DNA from: an uncultured Veillonellaceae bacterium
GTDB taxonomy: Bacteria > Bacillota > Negativicutes > JARBTT01
Direction of reading: 5' to 3'
DNA: 64,000 bases
Assembly (NCBI GenBank): GCA_963805085.1
Contig: CAWDTA010000004.1
Span: 352,001 to 416,000, forward strand
Part shown: positions 42,172-51,239 of the stretch, piece by piece
Numbering within the stretch: position 1 is the stretch's first letter
How the letters are laid out: every line of letters starts with the position of its first letter
Notes under the pieces: generated by a model
Database searches by the model: none
The model's input: only the letters and a program-made list of their open reading frames with translations
Told to the model about the DNA's origin: nothing
Made by a program: the position numbers and the translations under genes

Positions 42172-43356
42172 TTAGCGTAACTCTTGTAAAAAGCTCGTAC
42201 CATGACTTGGCAATTTAACTGCAAAATTTTCCGCCACAGTAGCCCCGATATCCGCAAAAGACTTCCGAACAGCCAGCTCACTGCCACCAGTAAACCTTGG
42301 CGAATATACAAGTAAAGGTATATATTCTCGCGTATGATCTGTTCCCCGGTATGTTGGATCATTGCCATGATCGGCCGTAATAATCAGTAACTCTTCTTCG
42401 GTCAGTTTAGCCAATACCTTTGCTAGTTCTACATCAAATTCTTCAATTGCTCGTCCATACCCTTTGGCATCACGACGATGTCCAAACATAGCATCAAAAT
42501 CAACCAAATTCATAAAGCATAGCCCAGTAAACTCTTCGCCCAGCAAAGCAATAAATTTATCCATGCCATCTTTATTAGATACAGTACGAATTGCTTTTGT
42601 AATCCCTTCACCATCAAAAATATCGGCAATTTTACCAATCGATATCACATCGTTCTTTGCTTCTTTCAATGCATCTAGCACCGTAGGCGCTATAGGTTTC
42701 AAAGCATAATCATGCCGATTGGAGGTACGAGTAAAATTGCCATATTTACCCACAAAAGGGCGCGCAATGATGCGTCCTAATTTATATGGCTCATCAAGCG
42801 TAATCTCCCTACAGAATTTACAGATATCATAAAGTTCAGTAAGCGGCACGACCTCTTCATGCGCGGCAATCTGCAATACCGAATCAGCCGATGTATACAC
42901 AATAATCGCACCTGTTTCCATATGCTCCGCGCCCAGTTCATCAATAATCGCTGTGCCACTGGCTACTTTATTACCAATCACCTTACGCCCCGTTTTTTCC
43001 TCAATCCGCGCAATCAATTCAGCCGGAAAACCTTCAGGAAAGACACGAAAAGGTTTTTCAATATAAAGCCCCATCATCTCCCAATGCCCCGTCATCGTAT
43101 CCTTACCATTAGAAATTTCCTGTGCCTTTCCGTAATAAGCCAACGGCTTCTCTACTGGCAGTATGCCCTCTAATGGCCGAATATTACCAATCCCCAACTC
43201 CGCCATATTCGGTATATTGAGCTTGCCACAAGCCTTCGCAATATTCCCAAAAGTATCCGCCCCACTATCATCAAACTTCCCAGCATCGGGCGCTTCTCCT
43301 ATGCCAAGTGAATCTAAAACAATAATATGCACACGTTTAAACGTCATCGATTTCAT
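42172..43356 (-). CDS. deoB: Phosphopentomutase
   Basis: [45 protein letters not shown]. Confidence 0.97.
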   Translation of the reverse strand: MKSMTFKRVHIIVLDSLGIGEAPDAGKFDDSGADTFGNIAKACGKLNIPNMAELGIGNIRPLEGILPVEKPLAYYGKAQEISNGKDTMTGHWEMMGLYIEKPFRVFPEGFPAELIARIEEKTGRKVIGNKVASGTAIIDELGAEHMETGAIIVYTSADSVLQIAAHEEVVPLTELYDICKFCREITLDEPYKLGRIIARPFVGKYGNFTRTSNRHDYALKPIAPTVLDALKEAKNDVISIGKIADIFDGEGITKAIRTVSNKDGMDKFIALLGEEFTGLCFMNLVDFDAMFGHRRDAKGYGRAIEEFDVELAKVLAKLTEEELLIITADHGNDPTYRGTDHTREYIPLLVYSPRFTGGSELAVRKSFADIGATVAENFAVKLPSHGTSFLQELR

Positions 43357-43403
43357 ATTTCGTTACCTCCAACCGTCTTTTCATTCTATTATACTAGAAT
43401 ATG

Positions 43404-44582
43404 CTAGAAAAAGAAGCCAGAAACAGTAGCTGATAAAATACTAACTAAACTCGCTCCATAAATAAGTCTTAAACCAAACCGCGCAACGATGTCCCCTTGC
43501 TTTTCTTGTAAAGCTTTTACCGCCCCAGCTATAATTCCTACCGAGGAAAAGTTGGCAAACGATACGAGAAAAACAGAAACGATACTGACAGTTCGTGGTG
43601 AAAGCGCTGTACTTTTTCCTAAATCCAGCATCGCAACAAATTCATTGGCTACCAATTTCGTTGCCATGATACTACCTGCACCCACCGTTTCATGCATCGG
43701 TATTCCCATTACGAACGCAATCGGAGCAAAGACGAACCCTAACATATGCTGAAAGGTAACTCCGAAAACTGCTGCAAAAATCCCGTTTACCATGCCAATT
43801 AACGCTACGAAACCAATCAACATCGCTCCTACAATAACTGCTACACGAAAGCCATCCATAATATATTCACCCAACATTTCAAAAAAGGATTGCTTCGTTT
43901 CTACCTCTACTTCCAAACTATCCTCCTGCGCCGTTACTTCATAGGGATTGATAATGGATGCAATAATAAAGCCCCCGAAGAGATTAAGTACCAATGCAAC
44001 CACCACACACTTAGGTTCAATCATTTTCATATAAGCTCCAACAATCGACATAGACACAGTAGACATTGCCGAAGCGCACAACGTATATAAACGATGCTCA
44101 GGCAATAATCCCAGTTGCTTTTTCACCGAAATAAATACTTCGGATTGTCCTAAAATTGCCGATGCGACCGCATTATAGGATTCCAACTTTCCCATGCCAT
44201 TAACCTTACTTAAAACAATCCCAATATATTTTATGACAAAAGGTAAAATTTTAGTATATTGTAAAATACCAATTAATGCAGAAATAAAAACAATTGGCAA
44301 TAAAACGCTAAAAAAGAATGCTACCTGCTCACCTTTCGCCAGACCACCGAAAACAAAACCAATACCTTCCATAGCAAAAGAAATTAAAATTGAAAAAACA
44401 GCGGCAAACCCACCGATGAAAACCTCTCCGATCTCCGTATTAATCAATACGAACGCCAATAAAAATTGCAATATCAACATGATAAAAATAGAACGATAAC
44501 GAATCTGTTTTCTACTGTTACTTGCAACATAAGCAAGCAAAAACACCACGAGTAAACCTACCACCGCCAACAAATAGTTCAT
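43404..44582 (-). CDS. nupC: CNT-family nucleoside transporter
   Basis: LGQSEVF, TKLVANEFVAM, SFANFSS. Confidence 0.95.
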   Translation of the reverse strand: MNYLLAVVGLLVVFLLAYVASNSRKQIRYRSIFIMLILQFLLAFVLINTEIGEVFIGGFAAVFSILISFAMEGIGFVFGGLAKGEQVAFFFSVLLPIVFISALIGILQYTKILPFVIKYIGIVLSKVNGMGKLESYNAVASAILGQSEVFISVKKQLGLLPEHRLYTLCASAMSTVSMSIVGAYMKMIEPKCVVVALVLNLFGGFIIASIINPYEVTAQEDSLEVEVETKQSFFEMLGEYIMDGFRVAVIVGAMLIGFVALIGMVNGIFAAVFGVTFQHMLGFVFAPIAFVMGIPMHETVGAGSIMATKLVANEFVAMLDLGKSTALSPRTVSIVSVFLVSFANFSSVGIIAGAVKALQEKQGDIVARFGLRLIYGASLVSILSATVSGFFF

Positions 44583-44592
44583 GATATCCCCC

Positions 44593-44997
44593 TTAGCTAT
44601 TATTTTTTATCATATCACTTGACTTAAATGAACCGGGTAATAATTGTTCCATCGTCCATTCCTCATTATCACCATGTAAATTAGCCAAATAAATTTTGGT
44701 ATCTCCTGTACAAAATTCGGATAAAACTTGTCGACAAGCACCACAAGGAGAAACTGGTTCTTCGGTATCTGCAATCACGGCTAACGCTTCTATTTTATTT
44801 TCACCTTCAGAAATTGCTTTGAAAATTGCTGTACGTTCAGCACAGTTGGTCAATCCAAAAGATGCATTTTCAATATTACAGCCATAATATATTTTATTAC
44901 TGCCACCAAGTACCGCTGCGCCTACCTTAAAATGAGAAAATGGTGCATAAGCATACTCACGTGCAGTTTTAGCCACTTGAATTAATTTTTCTTTCAA
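44593..44997 (-). CDS. cdd: Cytidine deaminase
   Basis: GCNIENAS, CAERTA, PCGACRQV; TTG start after GGAGG. Confidence 0.96.
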   Translation of the reverse strand: MKEKLIQVAKTAREYAYAPFSHFKVGAAVLGGSNKIYYGCNIENASFGLTNCAERTAIFKAISEGENKIEALAVIADTEEPVSPCGACRQVLSEFCTGDTKIYLANLHGDNEEWTMEQLLPGSFKSSDMIKNNS

Positions 44998-45070
44998 AGT
45001 AATCGTCCTCCTAATAATCGCAATTTTATTATTTTTACTCGTTACAAGACAAAAAGCTCCTACTCCTTAT

Positions 45071-45757
45071 TTAAATTTCTTTAACGACAAGAAGTAATTT
45101 AGCATATTGCTCTTTACTAATATAAATTTTTCCTCTCCTCAAAAAAATCAATCCAGCTCTGTTTAACTTATCAATACATCTATTGATCGTTTTGACACTT
45201 ACCCCTATTTCATCAGCAATTTGTTGCCTCTTTTTATCAACGAGCAACACCTCTATATCCTTTTGTTTCTCTTGATAATATTTAATAATATAAGCCTGAA
45301 TCTTATGTATCCCTAACAAAAAATTAGCGGTTCCCGTTTTGCTTGCTGTAGAATACATTTTCTTCGCAAGCTTTTGGGATATTCTCAATAAAACCGCGTG
45401 ATCGCATGTAATCCATTTAGCAAAATCTTTAGCAGAAATCACCAGCACGCTGCAATTATTAACAGTTTCAACCGTACTAACATATTCCATCTCACCAGCC
45501 AGAATCTCCAATTCACTAACGAAACTAATCGGTCGTATACGCTCAAAAATATAAATCCGCCCGTTTTCAAATTCATTAATGACCTTCAATTCACCTCCAA
45601 TAAGAATATAAGCATACTCTACCTTTTCCCCTTTTCTTACCACAGTCTCTCCAGCAGGTATTTTTTTTAAAAAAACTTTTTTTCTTATCTCCTCAGGCAT
45701 TCCTACTAGTACTTCCTGCAATTGAGACCCACTGAAAAAATCATCATCGAACTGCAT
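45071..45757 (-). CDS. Crp/Fnr-family regulator
   Basis: cNMP-binding-like N-terminus; HTH RQQIADEIGVSVKTINR. Confidence 0.9.
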   Translation of the reverse strand: MQFDDDFFSGSQLQEVLVGMPEEIRKKVFLKKIPAGETVVRKGEKVEYAYILIGGELKVINEFENGRIYIFERIRPISFVSELEILAGEMEYVSTVETVNNCSVLVISAKDFAKWITCDHAVLLRISQKLAKKMYSTASKTGTANFLLGIHKIQAYIIKYYQEKQKDIEVLLVDKKRQQIADEIGVSVKTINRCIDKLNRAGLIFLRRGKIYISKEQYAKLLLVVKEI

Positions 45758-45899
45758 ACATTAACCCCACAAAATTCAAATTATATCTGTACATCAATCT
45801 GTACATTCTTAGAATTATGGAAAACAATTTCTTCTCATAAAATTATTTATTATTTGAAACTGGGCTCACCATTCATTCTAATTGTTCTAATAGTCTTTT

Positions 45900-45919
45900 A
45901 AAAGGTCACGTGTCCTTTT
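45900..45919. promoter_or_regulatory. Palindromic candidate operator
   Basis: AAAAGGTCAC|GTGTCCTTTT (9/10 symmetric) upstream of the Crp/Fnr gene. Confidence 0.45.
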
Positions 45920-45935
45920 TGTCAAATTATAACAT

Positions 45936-46153
45936 GATTATGATTCATACTAAAAAATTGACTATTACCAACATGTAGGATTGACTATCTCCTAGGTAGA
46001 GTAACCTCATTTAAATCTACATCACAACCAACAGATATATCACAAGATAATTTGAATCTACTTCGTAAACTTAACAACCTTCCAGATGCAGATCGTAAGG
46101 AAATCGAATCCTATATCCAATATAAAGAACGTAGTAAAAAGGACAATGATTAA
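45936..46153 (+). pseudogene. XRE-family HTH repressor remnant (3' half)
   Basis: Frame from 45980 reads IDYLLGR...LLRKLNNLPDADRKEIESYIQYKE*; upstream degenerate DYDS..KI.DYY; no start codon. Confidence 0.65.
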
Positions 46154-46192
46154 TCTAAATGAGCATAGTACCCTTGATAAAAGGTAACAGTA

Positions 46193-46221
46193 TTTACATT
46201 ACGTATAAAATCACATATAAT
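46193..46221 (+). promoter_or_regulatory. SigmaA promoter firing antisense to the small ORF
   Basis: TTTACA-N17-TATAAT. Confidence 0.65.
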
Positions 46222-46223
46222 AA

Positions 46224-46373
46224 TCATATACTAAATAAACCAAAAACGCCCTGTAGCAAGCAGGACGTTTCGGTGAGTAGGTTGCTCTTACCTGCAAGTT
46301 CAAATAGCGTTGCGAGCGCTAAAATGAATTTGCTAGAAATTGTTAGTTTAAGCTTTCCAACTTCTAACTGCAT
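46224..46373 (-). CDS. Unannotated 49-aa hydrophobic peptide, candidate type I toxin
   Basis: AGGAGGTGATACC-ATG; MQLEVGKLKLTISSKFILALATLFELAGKSNLLTETSCLLQGVFGLFSI; -10 TATAAT at 46432-46427. Confidence 0.6.
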   Translation of the reverse strand: MQLEVGKLKLTISSKFILALATLFELAGKSNLLTETSCLLQGVFGLFSI

Positions 46374-46429
46374 GGTATCACCTCCTATTCAGTTTTAACA
46401 GGCTAGTTGACGCTAGCCTGTTATTTATT
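46228..46429 (+). ncRNA. Candidate cis-antisense RNA (antitoxin)
   Basis: Bounded by the promoter at 46193-46221 and 11-bp hairpin TAACAGGCTAG/CTAGCCTGTTA + TTTATT at 46396-46429. Confidence 0.45.
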
Positions 46430-46491
46430 ATAACTTAATATGACTAATTTTGACAGTTTGAATCTTAGACTGTCTTTTTCTTTTGACGTAA

Positions 46492-46531
46492 AAAATGAAC
46501 TGACTAACATCTCTGCTAGTCAGTTCATTTT
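46492..46531 (-). terminator. Terminator, repeat-family copy D
   Basis: AAAATGAACTGACTAAC-ATCTCT-GCTAGTCAGTTCATTTT. Confidence 0.8.
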
Positions 46532-46561
46532 CTACATATATTGAATGAAATTTATATTGCC

Positions 46562-47140
46562 TTATTTCTGATAGAATCCTAACTTGTTCATCTTATACCA
46601 TTCGTCAATTTCTGGGGCGGTCTTTGCATTTAAACACAACATAATTTTCCTAGCGAATTCTAACGAAGCCGTACCATTTGCAGTTATGATATCCGAATCA
46701 CAAACTGCTTGTTGTTCGAGAAAATTGCAATCGCCTTTGTAATGCGGTGCTTGTGCTTTCATATAAGCCAATGTGTTGCCTGTATGTTTGATCGTATCCA
46801 GATATCCGCTATCTGCCATAAAGTTGACGGCATTGCAGATTGCTGCTACCGGAATATGCTGTTGAGCAGCGTACTCAACCATAGGTTGAATGGCGTTATT
46901 TTTTTGTTCCATCCAAGCGTAGCCGCCAATCAATAGTAACATAGCGAAATTTTCAGGGTAATCACTAACAGAATAATCAGGAATGACTCGAAAACCTCCC
47001 ATAGAAATTTTAGGGTCTTTATCCAGACTTAAAGTTTTTACAATATACTCCGATTCTGGTGAATTGAGTTCTGCACAAATATAAGCGCTTTCCCAATCGG
47101 CATATCCATCGAAAATGAACACAAGTACTTCTTTTTTCAC
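46562..47140 (-). CDS. DJ-1/PfpI family protein (YdeA/YoaZ type)
   Basis: DGYADWE, LLIGG, VAAICNA, HTGN, IITANG; GTG start. Confidence 0.92.
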   Translation of the reverse strand: MKKEVLVFIFDGYADWESAYICAELNSPESEYIVKTLSLDKDPKISMGGFRVIPDYSVSDYPENFAMLLLIGGYAWMEQKNNAIQPMVEYAAQQHIPVAAICNAVNFMADSGYLDTIKHTGNTLAYMKAQAPHYKGDCNFLEQQAVCDSDIITANGTASLEFARKIMLCLNAKTAPEIDEWYKMNKLGFYQK

Positions 47141-47165
47141 TATTTAGCACGCCCTTTCTTCAATG

Positions 47166-47199
47166 ATTATACAGTAAAAAAGATGACAACTATGTGTCA
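47166..47199 (-). promoter_or_regulatory. Promoter with TGACA-N6-TGTCA palindrome over the -35 region
   Basis: TATAAT 47171-47166; palindrome 47184-47199. Confidence 0.55.
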
Positions 47200-48137
47200 C
47201 CTTTATAGAGTGCATTTATTGTTTTTATTTGAGTTTTTACTGCTTCTTTTAGGTCAGGTGGTGCTATAACTTTAACTTTGTCTTGCAGACTGAAAACTAA
47301 ATTCGTAGCCCATTCTAAATTAGAAACAGAAAATCTAATCTGCCCCTTTTCTTTTGCACTGCTAGCCCTGTGGAAAAATTTCGCATCGATCTTATCTGTT
47401 AGGAAAAATTCATTGGTAGCATCATATTCTAGTATAACCTCAACCAATGAGGTCGGGTCTTGTGACGAAAACAAGCCCGCACCAAAATCCTTGCCAAACT
47501 CTATTTTTTCAACTGCCTTACAATTGAAACTTGCATCCATAATTTTATAAGTGGCAATTCGATTGACCTTAAACAAGCGGAACTCCTGATTCTCCTCGCA
47601 AAAAGCGTATAAATACCAGCAAGACTCTTTAAAAACGAGTTTATGAGGCTGAACGATTCTTGCTGAACGTGACCAATTGGAGATATATTCTAGATAAATA
47701 CAATTTCGATTTTTAATTGCCTTATGCAAATCGGATACCTTTTCGTGTGTAATACTGTCTTGAAACCATGAGGACAAATCAATTACATAATCACTTTCTG
47801 AAAATACCGTGCTTGTTTCTTCTGGGATTAACTTCGCCATTAGATTGGTTAAAGAGGGGTTTTCATCTATACTCATCAGTCCATTAAGTGCAGTAAAAAC
47901 ATTTTTTATATCGTTCTTGGAAAGAATATTTCTTTTGAGCTTATACCCCTCCATAATGGCTACCCCGCCACCAATTCCTGAATAGGTAACAATGGGAACT
48001 CCTGACTGATTCAGCGTATCCAAATCGCGAAAAATTGTACGTTTGGAAACTTCAAACCTTTCCGCTAATTCTTGTATTGTAATTCTATCCGTATTGGCAA
48101 GGACACTTAAAATCCCTAATAGTCTATCGATTTTCAC
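47190..48137 (-). CDS. YafY-type HTH-WYL-WCX transcriptional regulator
   Basis: KIDRLL, LAERFEVSKRTIFRD, WYLYAFC...FRLFKVNRI. Confidence 0.93.
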   Translation of the reverse strand: MKIDRLLGILSVLANTDRITIQELAERFEVSKRTIFRDLDTLNQSGVPIVTYSGIGGGVAIMEGYKLKRNILSKNDIKNVFTALNGLMSIDENPSLTNLMAKLIPEETSTVFSESDYVIDLSSWFQDSITHEKVSDLHKAIKNRNCIYLEYISNWSRSARIVQPHKLVFKESCWYLYAFCEENQEFRLFKVNRIATYKIMDASFNCKAVEKIEFGKDFGAGLFSSQDPTSLVEVILEYDATNEFFLTDKIDAKFFHRASSAKEKGQIRFSVSNLEWATNLVFSLQDKVKVIAPPDLKEAVKTQIKTINALYKGDT

Positions 48138-48215
48138 GATAACACGCTTTCCCCATTCTATTTCAATACTTCATTTTACTTACAAATTTCAAAATATTTT
48201 TGTGCTGTTAACCTA

Positions 48216-48527
48216 TCAATCATTATCATACGCCTCTAGCGCAATTGGTAACGCTGCAATCACTTTGTTACCAATTGCAGGTAGTGGCAATAATACTGCA
48301 CTTTTAATTTCTTCTCTTGTAGCACCAAGTTCTTTTGCATGTTTGACATGAAACGGAATCCCACTTAAGAGTCCCGCTGTCGTCAGTACCGCTATATAAG
48401 CTATCTCTTCAGTTTTTGAATCTAACGCGCTTGCTCCGTCAAGTTTTTTTACCGTTTCTAGCCATATTTTTGCCTGTTCAGGTGTCTCTTTCATAAAGCA
48501 TTCAAACGCATTGCTAACTTGCTTCAT
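48216..48527 (-). CDS. Carboxymuconolactone decarboxylase (AhpD-like) family protein
   Basis: SALDSKT, FHVKHAKELGATREEI. Confidence 0.88.
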   Translation of the reverse strand: MKQVSNAFECFMKETPEQAKIWLETVKKLDGASALDSKTEEIAYIAVLTTAGLLSGIPFHVKHAKELGATREEIKSAVLLPLPAIGNKVIAALPIALEAYDND

Positions 48528-48590
48528 TTTAATTCCCCCACTATTTTAGTACATTTATATATATTATCAAAAAACAAACTATCGTAAATC

Positions 48591-49352
48591 TTAAACAAGG
48601 AACACTTCAACTCCTTGATTTTTTAGTTCTTTAATTATTTCAGGGTCAGCATCTTTATCCGTCACAATTGTATCAATTTCTTTCAAGGTAGCAACTGTCA
48701 TAAAAGAACTACATCCTAACTTGGTATGATCAATTACAAGCACAATCCTCGTTGCTTGCTTAACCAACGAACGTTTTGTTTCTGTATCAATGATATCTGG
48801 ATTCGTTGCTCCCTGCTTAATATCAAGACCATCGGCTCCAAGAAACAATATATCAATCCTAAATTTACTGATAAAATCACTTGTCATTTGTCCAAAAAAT
48901 CCCTGTGGTTTTTCTCTAAATACACCTGGTGCCATAATTAACTTGATGCTTTTTGCTGTGCTGAGTATGTTACTAACAGGTAAGGAGTTGGTCATAACAA
49001 CAATATTTTTTTTTTGTACAATCGCCTCAGCAATTTCTTTTGTTGTAGAACCACAATCAATAAAAATTGAGGATCCTTCATTAATTAAATTTGCGCAAAA
49101 GCTGGCAATACGAATTTTTTCTTCTCGCAATTTTTCTTCTCTAAAAGGCATGTTATGTACAAGTGTAGCCCCACGGTTCAAAACCGCACCACCATGAACA
49201 AGTGTAACAACACCTTGTTCAGCAAACAAATTTAAATCACGCCGAACCGTCATTGAAGACACATCCAGTATTTCTGATAGCTCTGTAATGTTTACAGAGT
49301 TATTTTTTTCTAATTCATCCAAGATCTCTTTACGCCGCTTTATCGTTTTCAT
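48591..49352 (-). CDS. DeoR/GlpR-family regulator
   Basis: VSSMTVRRDL, HGGA, IFIDCGSTT, MTNS, DHTK; start at ATG 49352. Confidence 0.93.
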   Translation of the reverse strand: MKTIKRRKEILDELEKNNSVNITELSEILDVSSMTVRRDLNLFAEQGVVTLVHGGAVLNRGATLVHNMPFREEKLREEKIRIASFCANLINEGSSIFIDCGSTTKEIAEAIVQKKNIVVMTNSLPVSNILSTAKSIKLIMAPGVFREKPQGFFGQMTSDFISKFRIDILFLGADGLDIKQGATNPDIIDTETKRSLVKQATRIVLVIDHTKLGCSSFMTVATLKEIDTIVTDKDADPEIIKELKNQGVEVFLV

Positions 49353-49679
49353 TTTATTTACCCCATTTAGAATTCTTACTTTTAATATAGTATTATCTAA
49401 CATTTTTGTCAATTTTAAATGTTACATTTTCTCAACATTTTAACTTCCACATTGTTTTGTTACATTTTTGTTATTTTATTGTGTTTTTTATAGATATAAT
49501 AACATTTTTACATTACTTTTTGATAATTTCTATCAAAAATATAACAAAATATATTGACTTTATCTATACAAAGCGAGTATTATACAGTCAAGGAATCAGA
49601 TTTCTATAAATAACGATAGCGCGCTAAAAATTTTAAACTTTAAAACTACAAAATAAAATTTTGCTAGGAGCGAATCAAT

Positions 49680-50084
49680 ATGAATTTATTAATTTTATCA
49701 AACGGGAATTTTGCCAAGGAACTCTATCATTCTATGAAAAGATTCTATTCCAATCCAGATATTGATTACATTGTTTTAAAGGATACAGATATCCATCAAT
49801 ACAGCGTAGAAATTCAGCGCTATTTGATTGAGCACACAGACGATTTACTTATACTATGTGATGTCTATGGTAGTACAGCTTTTAATGAAGCAGCAATTGA
49901 AATAAACAAACTGAATAGAACTAGCAATACTGCTATAATATGTGGGATGAATCTACCAATCTTATTTAAATTATATGGTCTAAAAGATACTTGGGATATT
50001 GAAAATATAAAATCATTTTATAATCATTCAGAAAAAAATGGTGTGATTGTATATTCACCAATCATCACGAACAATGAACTCTAG
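49680..50084 (+). CDS. Orphan PTS mannose-family EIIA-like protein lacking the phospho-His
   Basis: LLILSNG (SHG expected), LCDVYGSTAFN, CGMNLP; AGGAG RBS. Confidence 0.78.
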   Translation: MNLLILSNGNFAKELYHSMKRFYSNPDIDYIVLKDTDIHQYSVEIQRYLIEHTDDLLILCDVYGSTAFNEAAIEINKLNRTSNTAIICGMNLPILFKLYGLKDTWDIENIKSFYNHSEKNGVIVYSPIITNNEL

Positions 50085-50144
50085 TAAAGTGCCTACATAG
50101 ATTGAATTGCTGGTAACAATAACTTTATAGATCTAGATATAAAA

Positions 50145-50178
50145 AACTGACTAACATTTTTGATAGTCAGTTCATTTT
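50145..50178. terminator. Terminator, repeat-family copy E
   Basis: AACTGACTAAC-ATTTTT-GATAGTCAGTTCATTTT. Confidence 0.7.
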
Positions 50179-50236
50179 ATGTACTAGTTCTATTTATTAT
50201 TTAGAAATTGCCAGTTTTATGTACTATCTCCTTGGC

Positions 50237-51190
50237 TTACAACGTATTTCCCAGCTTAATATAGAAAAATAAGATTGGAAATACAATCAGCAGATAAATT
50301 GCAGTAGTCAAAATAAATGCAGCAATAGATAAATCAACATTAAGTTTAAACAGCCTTGTTGTAACAACTGCATTAATTGCTGTTGGAGTCATGGCTAGTA
50401 TCAGAATCGTACCTAATACGATTTGATCTGTAAATAAAAACCGGATAATGCAATACGTCAGAATCGGCGTAGCAATAAATTTAATCGGAAGCAAGTTCCA
50501 GATAACTCGATAATATTTGCGTGCTTTCTGAAAATCAATCAAATATCCTACCGGAAGAAGCGCCAACCATGCCCCGAAATGAATCAGCGCCTCAAATATC
50601 GTTGCCAAAATGGGTGGACGCGGCACATCATATAAGTAAAGGAACATACCAAGGAGCATCCCAACGAGCGGCAGTTGATTCCAACTCAAGAACATTTGCC
50701 TCAAACTAAGTTTCATATTTTTCTTTTCTGCTGAACTTTCATAACACTGATAATAATACTCTGCTAATGGAAAGCAGAAAAGCAGCAGTACTAGATTCTG
50801 AAAAACCCCTACCATTTGTGCATAGGCAAAACCAATTTCTCCATAAAGGATAAACGCACAAAGTCCACCTAATGTACCAATATTGGAAAGCATTGCCGAG
50901 GACAGATAACTCCCCCGATCCAATGGATTCTCATAAAGCTTGGCAAACATCAGATAACCAAGTATGCCTGGGATAATACATAAAATAATCCCCAGCATGG
51001 GTAGCCAAATTAGGTCCAGGGTCAATGGCAATACCCAAAAGCTTAACACCGATAAAATAGTACCAACAACAACAATATTAAACGAAATCAACTGATTGCA
51101 GATTGTGCCGTTAATCAAATTTCTTTTATGTAAATAATAACCAAGTATTAACGGTAATATCAAATCTGTGAGTACATATATAATTCGCAA
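50237..51190 (-). CDS. AEC (auxin efflux carrier)-family transporter
   Basis: ~10 TM; SNIGTLGG, IKFIATP, MTPTAINA; TTG start after AGGAG. Confidence 0.8.
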   Translation of the reverse strand: MRIIYVLTDLILPLILGYYLHKRNLINGTICNQLISFNIVVVGTILSVLSFWVLPLTLDLIWLPMLGIILCIIPGILGYLMFAKLYENPLDRGSYLSSAMLSNIGTLGGLCAFILYGEIGFAYAQMVGVFQNLVLLLFCFPLAEYYYQCYESSAEKKNMKLSLRQMFLSWNQLPLVGMLLGMFLYLYDVPRPPILATIFEALIHFGAWLALLPVGYLIDFQKARKYYRVIWNLLPIKFIATPILTYCIIRFLFTDQIVLGTILILAMTPTAINAVVTTRLFKLNVDLSIAAFILTTAIYLLIVFPILFFYIKLGNTL

Positions 51191-51239
51191 ACGAACCTCG
51201 CTCCTTTTAATATAACAAACTTTATCGCAAATAAACTCT

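Noticed and set aside
46159-46398. 79-aa plus-strand ORF from the track
   Set aside because: No convincing RBS; it spans a promoter and is antisense to a small ORF with a perfect RBS, so it is better read as noncoding antisense.
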